64,000 nt of DNA from a virus: IMG/VR virus record IMGVR_UViG_3300002498_000005, positions 36,349 to 100,348 of that record; one strand, 5' to 3'. The stretch's first letter is position 1; every line of letters begins with the position of its first letter. A model generated the notes under the pieces. It ran no database searches. It had not been told where the DNA came from and was given only the letters and a program-made list of their open reading frames with translations. Positions 8,497 through 19,359 of the stretch are shown piece after piece. The position numbers were made by a program, and so were the translations under genes.

Positions 8497-9489
8497 ATGG
8501 TCAAAAACGAACAACATAGATGTATTTGGTGTGGAAAAATATTAACTGATAAAAATACCTATGTTTCTAGGTCAAGAACAAGCTTTGAAGGGCGCACAAT
8601 TTTTTGCAAGGACTGTATGACAGAAACATATAAAGAATATTATAACAAATTTGGGAATGTCAAAAAGGCAATATGGCACAATTGTAGGAAATTCGACGTT
8701 CCTTTTATTGATGATAGATATTCAATGGTTGAGACACAACTTAACGATAAGGAATATGTAAGCGAAAAAGCTTTTGGCGTTTATATGCAAAAGCTTTATT
8801 CATTTAAGCCCGTAGATGGAGACCCATCTTGTTTTGAAGATGGAAATATTAATATTAAATTTTCTCAGGATGAAAATCTTGATAGCGAAACAGAAAAAAG
8901 CCTTGTTGATAAATGGGGCAACTATTCCTCAAGAGAACTTAATTCTTTTGAAAAAAAATATAACGCACTTAAAAATAACTATCCTGAAAAAACCGCCCTA
9001 CACACTGAGGCTTTGATGAATTATGTTCGTTATCGCTGTAAGGAAGAATTGGCTACCTCTGATGGTGAAGTCAAAGAAGCGGAATCATGGTCAAAAATGG
9101 CTGCTAAGGCTGCTACGGACGCGAAAATTAATCCTTCACAATTATCTGCCGCAGACTTACAGGGTGGGCTAAATAGTTTTAGTGAGATAACAAAAATTGC
9201 AGAAGAAGAATCTGATATTATAAAAAAACTACCTCAGTTTACGTATAGACCTAATGATTCTGCTGATTTTATTATGTGGTGCATTATAAATTATATGCGT
9301 AAAGCCAAGGGGCAAGAAGAAGTAGATTATCATAGTATCTACGCTTTTTATGATCGTAGAAGAGATGAATATATAGAACAATATGGCGATCCTTATGAAA
9401 TCTTTAAAGATGACCCTACCATTGGCAATAGGGATAAGATAGATAAGTTTATTAAAACGTCATATGGCGACGGTGATAAGAATGGCTAG
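8497..9489 (+). CDS. Putative terminase small subunit (YonG-like, Zn-finger N-terminus)
   Basis: CxxC..CxxC, DVPF motif; immediately upstream of the large terminase. Confidence 0.6.
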   Translation: MVKNEQHRCIWCGKILTDKNTYVSRSRTSFEGRTIFCKDCMTETYKEYYNKFGNVKKAIWHNCRKFDVPFIDDRYSMVETQLNDKEYVSEKAFGVYMQKLYSFKPVDGDPSCFEDGNINIKFSQDENLDSETEKSLVDKWGNYSSRELNSFEKKYNALKNNYPEKTALHTEALMNYVRYRCKEELATSDGEVKEAESWSKMAAKAATDAKINPSQLSAADLQGGLNSFSEITKIAEEESDIIKKLPQFTYRPNDSADFIMWCIINYMRKAKGQEEVDYHSIYAFYDRRRDEYIEQYGDPYEIFKDDPTIGNRDKIDKFIKTSYGDGDKNG

Positions 9490-11203
9490 TTTTAAGAACT
9501 TCCAATCAGATAATTTCAAATATGGAGCCGATAATAGAAGTGTTTATAATCCAATATTAAGCCCAACCATCTCGGCATTGAGCGAAACGGACAAAGAGAT
9601 TATAAATTCTAGTAAAGAAAATTATTATAGGTTTGTTAGTTGGGCAAGGTGGTACCCCGATTTATTTTTAGATTTAATTAAACCAAAAACGGGTGGAATT
9701 AATTTACATTTAGATCAAAGAATTTTAATGCGTTCAATTGTACGTTTCCCTAGTACGTCTGGAGTATTTTCAAGAGGATTTGGTAAAACCTTTGATGAGG
9801 TAGCATGTATGCATCTCGTCGGTATATTTTATCCCAGCATTGATTTAGCTTTGACCGCCCAAACAAAAGCCAACGCTTCTGAACTTTTAAAAGATAAACA
9901 TAATGAATTAATGAAGTTTTATCCAATTTTAAAGAATGAAATTGTAAGTGTAAAATTTTCAAAAGATGACGCCGAAATTAATTTTCTTTCTGGAAGTAGG
10001 ATTGACATACTAGCCAATGCAAAATCAAGCCTCGGTCAGAGAAGAAAAAGAATTAATGTTGAGGAATCAAATATCGTAGATCATGATTTGTTTGATAATG
10101 TAATCGCTCCAATTGTTGAAGTTCCGCGGCTTACATTTGGTAAGCTTGGGATTGTTGATCCAGAGGAATTAAATCAGCAAATCAACTTTTTCACAACTTC
10201 TGGGTTTCGTGGTTCGGATGAACATGCTAGGGTGTGTGAAATGATTGATAATATGATGGATTTAAAAGGCGATATGGTATTGGGGAGTAGTTGGAGGTTG
10301 CCATGTTGGTATGGTCGTGGCTCTACTAAATCACAAGTTCTTGAAAAGAAGAAAAAAATGTCATCTGTTTCATTTGCACAAAACTATGAAAGTGACTGGG
10401 TCGGGAATGTTGATGGAGCTTTAGTTGGAATTAATAAGGTCTTAAAACTGCGTAATTTGACAGAAGTAAAAACCAAGGCAGACAAAGCCTTTGACTATAT
10501 TTTAGGAGTTGACGTAGCTCGTTCTCAAAGTAGCACTAATAATCAATCTTCAGTTGCAGTAATTGAAATTCATAGAAATTCTAACGGGAAGATTATTAAT
10601 TTAAATTTAGTTAACCTATTTACGATTTCCAATTCTCTGAATTTTACTGCACAAGCAATTGAGGTAAAAAAAATAAAGAGAGCATTTAATGCTAAAGTGG
10701 TTTGCATTGATGTAAATGGACTTGGAGTTGGACTTTCAGATGAATTGCTCAAAGAAACTTTTGACCCTAATACTGGCGAGAATTTAGGTTGTTGGAAAAC
10801 ACTTAATACCGATAAAGTTCCAGAGGTTCAAAATGCAGAACGATGTTTATACGAATTAACTCCACAATCAGAACGTACAAATTCGATTACTAATTTTATT
10901 AGTGTGGTTGATTCTGGTATCTTAAGATTGCTTGAAAAGCGTAATGACATATATGATTCAGATAATAATGATAATTATGTAGACAATATATTACCATTTT
11001 TACAAACAGATTTTTTAGTAGAAGAAATAGCAAATTTACAATTAGAAACTTTATCTACTGGCAAACTCAAAGTCAAACAGACGAGTAAGAAATATGATAA
11101 AGATAGATATTCTGCCGTTGAATATGCTACTTGGTATGCTATGACATTTGAAAACCGCGATAGCGGTATTAACTTTAATTGGAATGAATTTTGTCATTTT
11201 TAA
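9482..11203 (+). CDS. terL: Terminase large subunit (YonF-like)
   Basis: Walker A SRGFGKT, Walker B INVEE, nuclease GVDVAR, IDVNGLG, KDRYSA. Confidence 0.92.
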   Translation: MASFKNFQSDNFKYGADNRSVYNPILSPTISALSETDKEIINSSKENYYRFVSWARWYPDLFLDLIKPKTGGINLHLDQRILMRSIVRFPSTSGVFSRGFGKTFDEVACMHLVGIFYPSIDLALTAQTKANASELLKDKHNELMKFYPILKNEIVSVKFSKDDAEINFLSGSRIDILANAKSSLGQRRKRINVEESNIVDHDLFDNVIAPIVEVPRLTFGKLGIVDPEELNQQINFFTTSGFRGSDEHARVCEMIDNMMDLKGDMVLGSSWRLPCWYGRGSTKSQVLEKKKKMSSVSFAQNYESDWVGNVDGALVGINKVLKLRNLTEVKTKADKAFDYILGVDVARSQSSTNNQSSVAVIEIHRNSNGKIINLNLVNLFTISNSLNFTAQAIEVKKIKRAFNAKVVCIDVNGLGVGLSDELLKETFDPNTGENLGCWKTLNTDKVPEVQNAERCLYELTPQSERTNSITNFISVVDSGILRLLEKRNDIYDSDNNDNYVDNILPFLQTDFLVEEIANLQLETLSTGKLKVKQTSKKYDKDRYSAVEYATWYAMTFENRDSGINFNWNEFCHF

Positions 11204-11218
11204 TTGGGAGGTGAACAA

Positions 11219-12646
11219 ATGAGCGAAATAATCGATGAGACTAATGAAATAAACAATAAGCCTAAAGAATTTTTTGTACCACGAAATATAATGAAAACTA
11301 ATATCAAACCTATGTGGGCAATGACGTATACTAAGGCTTTGGCACAAACTTATTCTGAAGCTCAAATTCTTGAGTTTTTAAAAGACCCTAGAACTAATTA
11401 TAAAAAATTACAGGGGGTCTCAGAGTATTTATATAATACAAGTAAGCTATATCAAAACTTTTTATATTACCTATCAACAGTAATGACGTTTGATTATATC
11501 ATATTCCCCACCGAGATAGATAATATAAAAGAAAAAACATTGTGGTCGAGACTTGAGACTTCTGCAATGAGAGTCTATAACATTCAGCCTGAGTATAATT
11601 TTCCCCATATGCTAATGCGTACATTACTTAATGGCGAATCGTATTGGTATAACATTTCTACTGATAATGCTGAAATTTTTTCCGAAGTTCCAAGTAAATA
11701 TTGCCAAGCGGCTGGATTTGATAATAATAATTTGTGGAGATATTGGGTTAACTTAACTTTAATTGATCCTAATATGCTTAATGAATTACCGCTAGAAATT
11801 CAGGATGCTTACAACAAATATAATAAAAAGAAAATTAAAACCGAAGATGATAATTTTTATCTTGTAAGTGATCGCGGTTTTGCAATGTTCTGTCATGGGA
11901 CAAGCGAGACGCATGATTATCCATATTTTTCTTCTATGTTTATTGATTTAACTAGACTTGAGGGCGATAAAGATTATTTTAATAACTTTATCAAAGCAGA
12001 TAATATTAAATTAATTCACTGTAAGGTGCCGATAGACGAGAAGTCTGGAATGCCACTAATGGAAAAAGGTGTTATCCAAGATTACCACGATTCTCTAAAA
12101 GAACATTTGCCAGAGAATGTTGCACCTATTACTAACCCATTTGAAACAGAGGGTATTAATTTAGATAGCGCTCAAAAAACGGGCATTAATATTGTTGAAG
12201 TCGCCAAAAAGAACGTACAGGACGATAGCGGAATATCTGATTCTATGTTTGCCGCAGATACAACAATGGGGTTAAAATATTCTACACTTGCTGACTCTGC
12301 GAACATGTATCCTTTACTTGCTTACTTTGAAAACTACGTAAATTTTAAACTTAAAGACCAAAAGTTTAAATGTAAATTCTTGCGAATTAATCATTATGAT
12401 AAATTAGAATGGAATAAATCATTTGCAAGCGGTATGTCAATGTCTGGGGATAACAGAAGTAAGTATATTGCTACTTCACAAACTGGCTTATATGAGTTTA
12501 TTATGACTGCAAAAATGGAAAAAGCCATTGATATTGACTCGTTAATGCCAATAAAAGAAAGTGCATTTACACAGTCTGGCGATGCTGGAAGACCAGAGAC
12601 CACAGAGCCAACTCCATCAACAGAGGAGGTAAATAAAACAAAATGA
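11219..12646 (+). CDS. Portal protein (YonE-like)
   Basis: Follows terL, ~475 aa, C-terminal AGRP motif. Confidence 0.8.
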   Translation: MSEIIDETNEINNKPKEFFVPRNIMKTNIKPMWAMTYTKALAQTYSEAQILEFLKDPRTNYKKLQGVSEYLYNTSKLYQNFLYYLSTVMTFDYIIFPTEIDNIKEKTLWSRLETSAMRVYNIQPEYNFPHMLMRTLLNGESYWYNISTDNAEIFSEVPSKYCQAAGFDNNNLWRYWVNLTLIDPNMLNELPLEIQDAYNKYNKKKIKTEDDNFYLVSDRGFAMFCHGTSETHDYPYFSSMFIDLTRLEGDKDYFNNFIKADNIKLIHCKVPIDEKSGMPLMEKGVIQDYHDSLKEHLPENVAPITNPFETEGINLDSAQKTGINIVEVAKKNVQDDSGISDSMFAADTTMGLKYSTLADSANMYPLLAYFENYVNFKLKDQKFKCKFLRINHYDKLEWNKSFASGMSMSGDNRSKYIATSQTGLYEFIMTAKMEKAIDIDSLMPIKESAFTQSGDAGRPETTEPTPSTEEVNKTK

Positions 12647-12825
12647 AATTGATATATGTAATTGATGAAAGTTACAAAGATGAATTACTATCCAAGGGTT
12701 TTAAGTTTATTCAAAAAACAGAAATAGATAAGGAGACTTGTTGGGTCTTAAAATCAAAAAATAAATTTGATTTTTCTACTCTTGATAGTAGCAAATATTT
12801 TTGTAACAACAAATTATTCTTATGA
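12643..12825 (+). CDS. Small conserved head-module protein
   Basis: GGAGG RBS; between portal and protease. Confidence 0.6.
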   Translation: MKLIYVIDESYKDELLSKGFKFIQKTEIDKETCWVLKSKNKFDFSTLDSSKYFCNNKLFL

Positions 12826-12846
12826 TATAGAAAGGAGGTGAAATTA

Positions 12847-14196
12847 TTGAAGGATAGAATAAAATTTGAGGCAAATATAGATACCAAATCTTTTGAAGTT
12901 TTAAACTCCGAATTTACAAAAGCTAAATGTTATATTTTATATACGGGGCTGAATCGTAATGGCAGTTTAATGAGCAAGGAAACCGTTGAGGCTTCGCTAA
13001 AATCAATTTATAATATTCCAGTTATTGCTGAATTTGTTAATAAAGATGATGGGGAAAAAGATTTTGGAACTCACGGCGGGCGGATAATTATTGATGGCTC
13101 TGGCGTTAAATATGAGCAAACTACTGTTCCATATGGTGTTGTGCCTGAATCGTCTAATCCTCGCTGGGAAATGGTTGAAGATAAAGAATATCTTGTATGT
13201 GAGATTATATTATGGTCTGGGCGTTATGATGACTTAGATGTATTTCTTGCTGACGGGGTTCGTCCACAGAGCATGGAAATTTCTCCACTTGAGTTCGAAG
13301 AAAAAGATAATATATTTGAAATAACATCTTTTGAATTTTCTGCTTTGACAATTCTTGGTTCAGATATTGAACCCTGTTTTGAAGAAGCAAAAATAGAAAC
13401 TTATGAATGCGATACGTTTAAAAAACAGTATGAAGAGATGGTAGACAAATTTACTCAGTATATAAGTTCTTTAAACGAAGAAGACATACCTAAAGTAGAA
13501 GAAACATTCTCTCTTACCATGAAAGAAAAGCTTAATTTATTACAGAATTCTATTGAAGATGAGCGTATAGCGGATGAGGATGACAACACAATTAATTATA
13601 CGTCTTATTGGGTAATGGACTTTGACGATAATTATGTTTATATCAATATCTATGGCTGGTCAAATGATGGTTCTAATAAAGATTATTATGTTCGCGGGGC
13701 TTATATTATAGATGAAAAGAATAGTTCTGCAATAATTAATAAAGAATCTTTTGAAGAAATAATTAATAAATGGGTTACTTTAATTGAGGCAAATACAATA
13801 GATTCTGAACGTGAAACAATGGAGTTAGAATTTAATCAATTAAAAGATGATTATAATCATCTCCAAAACGAAAATCAACTTCTTCAAAATTTCAAAGAAA
13901 ATGTGGAAAAAGATGAAAGAAAAATCGAAATAAAAACAGTTTTAGATGAATTTTCTTTTGATCTTGAAAATTCTGAAGATTATAAAAATTTCCGAGATGA
14001 GGCATTAGAAAAAGAATTATCTGATGACGAAATTCGTAAAGAATGCTTTTCAATTTTAGGGAAATTCAAATTTGAACAAAAACCTAAAAAAGATAAAGAA
14101 AAACCTTTGGCAACTTTTGTTAGTACCAGCTCAATAACAGATAAGGCTGGGGAAAGATATGGTTCCGCTACTCGGTTTTTCACACCAAAAAAATAA
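12847..14196 (+). CDS. Prohead protease/scaffold (YonD-like)
   Basis: NRNGS, FGTH, PYGVVPE, QSMEI, LTILG..EPCFE; acidic coiled-coil C-terminus. Confidence 0.75.
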   Translation: MKDRIKFEANIDTKSFEVLNSEFTKAKCYILYTGLNRNGSLMSKETVEASLKSIYNIPVIAEFVNKDDGEKDFGTHGGRIIIDGSGVKYEQTTVPYGVVPESSNPRWEMVEDKEYLVCEIILWSGRYDDLDVFLADGVRPQSMEISPLEFEEKDNIFEITSFEFSALTILGSDIEPCFEEAKIETYECDTFKKQYEEMVDKFTQYISSLNEEDIPKVEETFSLTMKEKLNLLQNSIEDERIADEDDNTINYTSYWVMDFDDNYVYINIYGWSNDGSNKDYYVRGAYIIDEKNSSAIINKESFEEIINKWVTLIEANTIDSERETMELEFNQLKDDYNHLQNENQLLQNFKENVEKDERKIEIKTVLDEFSFDLENSEDYKNFRDEALEKELSDDEIRKECFSILGKFKFEQKPKKDKEKPLATFVSTSSITDKAGERYGSATRFFTPKK

Positions 14197-14217
14197 TTAA
14201 ATTTATAGGAGGTTAAT

Positions 14218-14691
14218 ATGGCTAATTTAATAAATCTTAGTAAAGTAAAAGCTAGCACAACTATTTTTGATATAGTTGCCCCTGCATCTTATGCCAACGG
14301 ATATTTGGCTACTCTTGGAACTATTAATACTGATGGCACTTATGATTGTGCCGCTCCTGTTGCCGTTACTGATTTGGGAATGGTGGTAGTTCTGGCTGTG
14401 CCTTTGTCTTATGAGGCAGAAAAAGTTGAAAACGATTATGTAATTGCAACTGGCGAAATTGTAAGGGCTTATGTTCCGTATAGTGGTTTTGTTGTTGATG
14501 TCCCAGCCGCAAACATTACTGCTGGAGTCGCATTGGCTGCTGGAAAATATGTTATCCCTGTTGCTGGTGCTGGCAAAATGACTTCTGCTGATGCACTCGG
14601 TGGCACTGAGGCAGTCGCTTTTATAATTGATTCGCTTTACACTAAGTCTGGTGTGTCTATGGCTTCTATTAGATGCATCAAGGCAATATAA
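14218..14691 (+). CDS. Head decoration/capsid-associated protein (YonC-like)
   Basis: Ala/Gly/Val-rich 157 aa immediately before the MCP. Confidence 0.6.
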   Translation: MANLINLSKVKASTTIFDIVAPASYANGYLATLGTINTDGTYDCAAPVAVTDLGMVVVLAVPLSYEAEKVENDYVIATGEIVRAYVPYSGFVVDVPAANITAGVALAAGKYVIPVAGAGKMTSADALGGTEAVAFIIDSLYTKSGVSMASIRCIKAI

Positions 14692-14709
14692 GAAAGGAGG
14701 TTTAATATA

Positions 14710-15696
14710 ATGAATAAATTAACAGATTTACAAACACTCGCACTTGATACTTATAGAAAAGCTCCTATCGGCTATTCCTTAGTCGAATCTAATGAAGCTG
14801 TCAGAAAAGCTGTTCGTGATGCCTGTGGTGGCGAATGGAATTACTATAATTTCATGAAAAATCAATGGGACGTATATGCAGTAATCGCTGAAGTCATGCC
14901 TGTTTCTATGAATGCATCGTTGGCAAATAAATTCAGTGGATTTGCAGACTTTATAGATACTGCAATGGGAGACGAAAATAACTTCATTGTTGAGGATAAT
15001 ACACTTTTCCCAGTTTATACAGTTAGCCGTGGTAATGGAGACGTAGCTCGTCAGAAGATTTCTGGTAGAAGTTTCTCCGTAAGCACAGTTAATAAAGAAA
15101 TTAAATTCTATGATGAATTTGATCGCTTTATGTCTGGTAAGATAGATTTTTCTGCTCTTACAGATAGGGCTTCGGCTTCTTATGCACATTATACAGGACA
15201 ACTTATCTCTGATACTATTTATGGTTCTTATGCAAGTGTAAATACAAACAATAAAGCTACTGGTGCTTATGATGCAGATACTCTTGCTGGCATTATAGAG
15301 CATACTAAAGCCGCTACTGGTGCAGACAGGCTTCAAATTTGGGGTACAACTACTGCTCTTGGATATATCTCTGATGGCTTTGGATATTCTGATGGTGCTA
15401 AAGATGCAGCAAATCAGCTTGGCTTCTATGGTAATTTCCGTGGTACTGATTTAGTTGCTTTCCCACAAGCATATCTTCCACAATCTACTACTTTTGCGGT
15501 AAATGATGCTCACGTTATTATTCTACCTGCTAATGAAAAAATAGTTAAGGTTGCTTTTGAGGGAACACCTTTTGTTGGTATCACTGATGCAATGGCAAGA
15601 AGCGATAGACAAATGGAATTTGTTTATGGTCGTCGTGTAGGTGCCGCTGCTATCACTGTTCCTGACAACATGTTCGGATTCTACAAATTCACTTAA
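14710..15696 (+). CDS. Major capsid protein (YonB-like)
   Basis: 328 aa, strong RBS, biased codon use, followed by a terminator. Confidence 0.85.
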   Translation: MNKLTDLQTLALDTYRKAPIGYSLVESNEAVRKAVRDACGGEWNYYNFMKNQWDVYAVIAEVMPVSMNASLANKFSGFADFIDTAMGDENNFIVEDNTLFPVYTVSRGNGDVARQKISGRSFSVSTVNKEIKFYDEFDRFMSGKIDFSALTDRASASYAHYTGQLISDTIYGSYASVNTNNKATGAYDADTLAGIIEHTKAATGADRLQIWGTTTALGYISDGFGYSDGAKDAANQLGFYGNFRGTDLVAFPQAYLPQSTTFAVNDAHVIILPANEKIVKVAFEGTPFVGITDAMARSDRQMEFVYGRRVGAAAITVPDNMFGFYKFT

Positions 15697-15708
15697 TAAA
15701 GTTTGATA

Positions 15709-15732
15709 TAGGGGTATTTTGAATACCCCTTT
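15709..15732 (+). terminator. Terminator after MCP
   Basis: AGGGGTATT-TTG-AATACCCCT then TT. Confidence 0.65.
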
Positions 15733-15759
15733 CAAATTAAAATTAGAGAGGTATTTTTT

Positions 15760-16413
15760 ATGGCTAGGCTAACAAAAATTGAAAGTATAGAAAAACAATT
15801 AAAGGGGTTAACCCCAGACGTTCAAAAATTAGTGGAAGAATTGCTTGCTGCTAAAACTAAAGATTTGACAGAAGAAAATAAAGCAATTAAAAAAGAATTA
15901 GAAACTCCAAAACAGAAATCTAATGGGCACAGATTTGTTCCAACTAATACAAAAGTTAAGATTCGTAGTAATATAGACGGTACGTTTATATTTTCTCACA
16001 ATAAAGGGAAAGTTAATGTATTTATAACTCTGCCTAATTATGGCGATACTATTGATTTAGATTATGATGAAATTAAAGTAGTTAATAACGCCAAAGGTAA
16101 TTTTTTCAAAAAAGGCATTTTGTCTATTGACGATGTGATGTCCGAAGACGAAAACATTACTATTGAAGACGTATATTACGATTTAGGTATAGCAAAAATT
16201 TATAAGGGTAAGTTTACTCCATTAAATTTTGAAGAACTATTAGATAATAGTGTTTCATACCCAATATTTGAAAAATATTTGCTTGATAATAAAGAAGTCG
16301 CAGAAACGGTAATGATTATAAGTGCCATTCTGCACCGAGAAGGTAGACTTAACGATAATGCTAAAATAGAATTTTTCAGAAAACATTTTAATAATAAAAA
16401 TTTGTATAGGTAG
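15760..16413 (+). CDS. YonA-like virion assembly protein
   Basis: Position after MCP. Confidence 0.55.
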   Translation: MARLTKIESIEKQLKGLTPDVQKLVEELLAAKTKDLTEENKAIKKELETPKQKSNGHRFVPTNTKVKIRSNIDGTFIFSHNKGKVNVFITLPNYGDTIDLDYDEIKVVNNAKGNFFKKGILSIDDVMSEDENITIEDVYYDLGIAKIYKGKFTPLNFEELLDNSVSYPIFEKYLLDNKEVAETVMIISAILHREGRLNDNAKIEFFRKHFNNKNLYR

Positions 16414-16424
16414 GAGGTGGGCTT

Positions 16425-17075
16425 ATGGCTACTTCTTTTAGTGTGCCATTTAGTTATTTCTTATCGCTATTGGATGACCATGATATTGCGACTAACTTAA
16501 CGGATGAGCAATTAACAGACTTGTTATTTACTTTCATAAATCAATCCATGTCTTTATATTTCAAAAGTTGTGATGTTGATTTGGCAGATTATGAAATACC
16601 CGATTATTATACTCAAAGCTATACGGCAAGTGGTGCAAGCTCTGACTTTGTTTTGTCTCAATATCCTACATCACCAGACATCAATGCAATTACATACACG
16701 GTGACAGTAGATGGTACTGCGACAACCGCATATACTTTTACTGAGTCAACAAAAACATTTTCATTGACTTCAATTCCTACAGTTGGGCAAACAGTAGTTT
16801 GTTCGTATGAATTTATAGGGCAATTTAATAATCTAATTTCAAATGAAATCGCTTGGATTTTAGCTTATGGAATGATTATAGGATGGCTAAGTGGTAAAAT
16901 GTATAACCCCTCGAAAATGAAAGAACGGTTAAGTTTAAAAGATTGGAATTCTTCACATTCTCCAGCAAACCTACTTAAGGAGCTTAGGATTTTATATGAG
17001 ATGGCACAAACCAATTTAAGAAATTTAGTTGTGAGTTATAGTTTTAATAGTGGGTATAATTTTGATGAAGAATAG
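16425..17075 (+). CDS. Head-tail adaptor with inserted Ig-like domain
   Basis: EIAWILAYGMIIGW...SPANLL adaptor motif; central Thr-rich beta insert. Confidence 0.6.
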   Translation: MATSFSVPFSYFLSLLDDHDIATNLTDEQLTDLLFTFINQSMSLYFKSCDVDLADYEIPDYYTQSYTASGASSDFVLSQYPTSPDINAITYTVTVDGTATTAYTFTESTKTFSLTSIPTVGQTVVCSYEFIGQFNNLISNEIAWILAYGMIIGWLSGKMYNPSKMKERLSLKDWNSSHSPANLLKELRILYEMAQTNLRNLVVSYSFNSGYNFDEE

Positions 17076-17122
17076 AGATGAGTTATTTATGACTTGTCTC
17101 TATTCTATTTATTTTGTAAATT

Positions 17123-17145
17123 AGCCTATATAATGTAGGCTTTTT
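17123..17145 (+). terminator. Intrinsic terminator
   Basis: AGCCTAT-ATAAT-GTAGGCT-TTTT. Confidence 0.55.
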
Positions 17146-17169
17146 AATAAAAGGGAGGTTTTGTTAGGC

Positions 17170-18048
17170 ATGGCATTAACAGAATATGGACAATTTTTTT
17201 CCAAGTGGTTTGGAGATGCTACTCCAAAAAATGCAAAAAAAGCAACTGGTACATTAACAATTTCTGGGGTGGTATCTGACGCACAAATTGTAACAGTAGG
17301 GTCAAAGACATATGAATTCGATATAGACAATACTATTACTGCGGGACGAATAAAAGTAGATATAGCAGACCTTAGAAATCAAGCAACTGGGACTCTTACA
17401 TTTACTGGTGTACCTGTAGCGGCAGAAACTGTTACGGTTGGAACGGAAGTTTATGAACTAGTAGCGGCAGCAGAAGATATAGCTGTTCCCACTAATATAC
17501 CTGTTGTTCTTGGCGTAACTCTTACGGCAGATAATGCAGTTACGAAATTAGCCGAGGCAATTAGTGCAAACTCTGCTATTGTAGATGCGGTTGGCAATAC
17601 AACTGCTGATACTGTTGTTTTAGTAGCTGATGTAAAAGGTACAGCTGGTAATAGCATAGATACTACTACAACTTGTAGCAATGCAACTTTTGGCGGAGCA
17701 AATCTTAGTGGTGGGCTTGATACTATTACGGCTCCAAATGCAGTAACGGCATTAGTTACGGCAATTACGGTAAATGATACTAGTGTTGTAGCAGCTGACG
17801 GAGCTGGGGATACAGTGGTTGTAACTTATGGCGTAGTTGGTACTGAAGGTAATTCTATAGTAACCACAAAGACGATGACAAATGGTTTGTGGGCTGCCGC
17901 TACGCTTACTGGTGGGCAATATGCAACTCCATTTAAAGCAAGTGCTGGGTTTATTATTATAAGCGGAACGTGGTATATTTGCACAAAACCTTGTGATAAA
18001 TATACAACTGATGCGTGGTATAGTGCTTCTCCAACTATCATATCTTAG
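17170..18048 (+). CDS. Virion structural protein with nested duplicated beta-domain
   Basis: ATGTLT..G..VTVG..YE twice; GTAGNSI / GTEGNSI..L(S/T)GG twice. Confidence 0.6.
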   Translation: MALTEYGQFFSKWFGDATPKNAKKATGTLTISGVVSDAQIVTVGSKTYEFDIDNTITAGRIKVDIADLRNQATGTLTFTGVPVAAETVTVGTEVYELVAAAEDIAVPTNIPVVLGVTLTADNAVTKLAEAISANSAIVDAVGNTTADTVVLVADVKGTAGNSIDTTTTCSNATFGGANLSGGLDTITAPNAVTALVTAITVNDTSVVAADGAGDTVVVTYGVVGTEGNSIVTTKTMTNGLWAAATLTGGQYATPFKASAGFIIISGTWYICTKPCDKYTTDAWYSASPTIIS

Positions 18049-18078
18049 TCAAAATATTAACGAGAGGTGGTGGTATAG

Positions 18079-19284
18079 TTGGGATTTTATGACAATTATC
18101 GCGCAAGAGTACAATCTACTTTAACTGATTCAGAATATGTTAATGAAGATAATAGAAATTTAATTATTGAAAATTTTTTTGTACAGCCTAATTATTATAG
18201 CATTACTAAAAATTATGATGCGGTTACACACTATGATGTTTTAATTGCCGAAGAGAATAAGAAAAAAGATGCTGTTGGTTATAAAATATTAATTTCTTAC
18301 CCATATACTACCACACAATTCTCTATTGGAGATTACATCAATTGGGAGTCAAAAGTATGGTTATTAACTACATTAGATTCCCAATATGATTATTCTATCG
18401 GCGGTAAAATCGTTGAAACTAATATTGATTTAAATTGGCTAGACGACAATTCTACATTAAAATCTTATCGTGCTTATGCAAATAACCGCATTTCTGATGC
18501 TGGGTTTAACGAAAATAAAAATTTATTTGCATTAAATGGAGATATAATTATTCGAGTTCAATCCAATGTTGACACTATTTCATTAAAAGAAAATAAAAGA
18601 TTTATAATAAATGGCAATGCTTATAGAATAACAAATATTAATAATTTTGTTGATGGGTTGCTTGAATTTTATATGGAATCTGCCGATGTGTCTGAATACG
18701 ATGACATCATAAATAATATCGCCAATAACACAGATAATGTTTATACGCTTGAAATCAATCAAGATTCTTTTAATAATATTATTGGTTATTCTTCCACTTT
18801 ATCCGCTACCGTTAAGTTAAATGATGACGTTGTGTCTAAAAGCGTTATTTGGTCAAGTTCCGCACCAACTAAAGTTTCTATAACTTCTGCTGGTGTAATT
18901 ACTTGTCTTGCGCTTGGGAGCGCCGTTATTACGTGTAAAATGGCAGACAATGTATTAATAACAGACACGATAACAATTACTGTCGTTGCATCTACTACCC
19001 CTATAGAAGAAATACGTATTTTACCTAGCATTACAATGATTACACAAGGAGATACGGTAAATTTTTCTGTGTATAAATATTTAAATAATGTTCAGCAGGT
19101 TAAAACATTTGCTGTAACTGCTTCTGGTGTGCCTAATTCTTATTACAATTTAATAAATGTTGATGCCAATCATTTTAGCATTCAAAATCTACAAAGATAT
19201 ATTACTAATGATTTACATGTTTTATGTACATGTGACGATGGCACAACAGCATCTTTTAACATTACCTTATTGGGATTGTGGTGA
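18079..19284 (+). CDS. Head-closure/neck protein with Big_2 Ig-like domains
   Basis: IGDYINW..WL motif; VIWSSSAPTKVSITSAGVIT Big_2 signature. Confidence 0.65.
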   Translation: MGFYDNYRARVQSTLTDSEYVNEDNRNLIIENFFVQPNYYSITKNYDAVTHYDVLIAEENKKKDAVGYKILISYPYTTTQFSIGDYINWESKVWLLTTLDSQYDYSIGGKIVETNIDLNWLDDNSTLKSYRAYANNRISDAGFNENKNLFALNGDIIIRVQSNVDTISLKENKRFIINGNAYRITNINNFVDGLLEFYMESADVSEYDDIINNIANNTDNVYTLEINQDSFNNIIGYSSTLSATVKLNDDVVSKSVIWSSSAPTKVSITSAGVITCLALGSAVITCKMADNVLITDTITITVVASTTPIEEIRILPSITMITQGDTVNFSVYKYLNNVQQVKTFAVTASGVPNSYYNLINVDANHFSIQNLQRYITNDLHVLCTCDDGTTASFNITLLGLW

Positions 19285-19359
19285 ATCCATAATTAAATTT
19301 TAAAGAATAATTTTCTTTGAATAATACATCATTTTTATTGGTTAATTTGGGGGTGAAAA

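Noticed and set aside
14779-15336. Long antisense ORFs (also 40435-40926 and others in the track)
   Set aside because: Shadows of codon-biased sense genes; no RBS or motifs.
17170-18048. Contractile tail sheath
   Set aside because: Too short, lacks the sheath core, and no baseplate wedge genes are recognisable.
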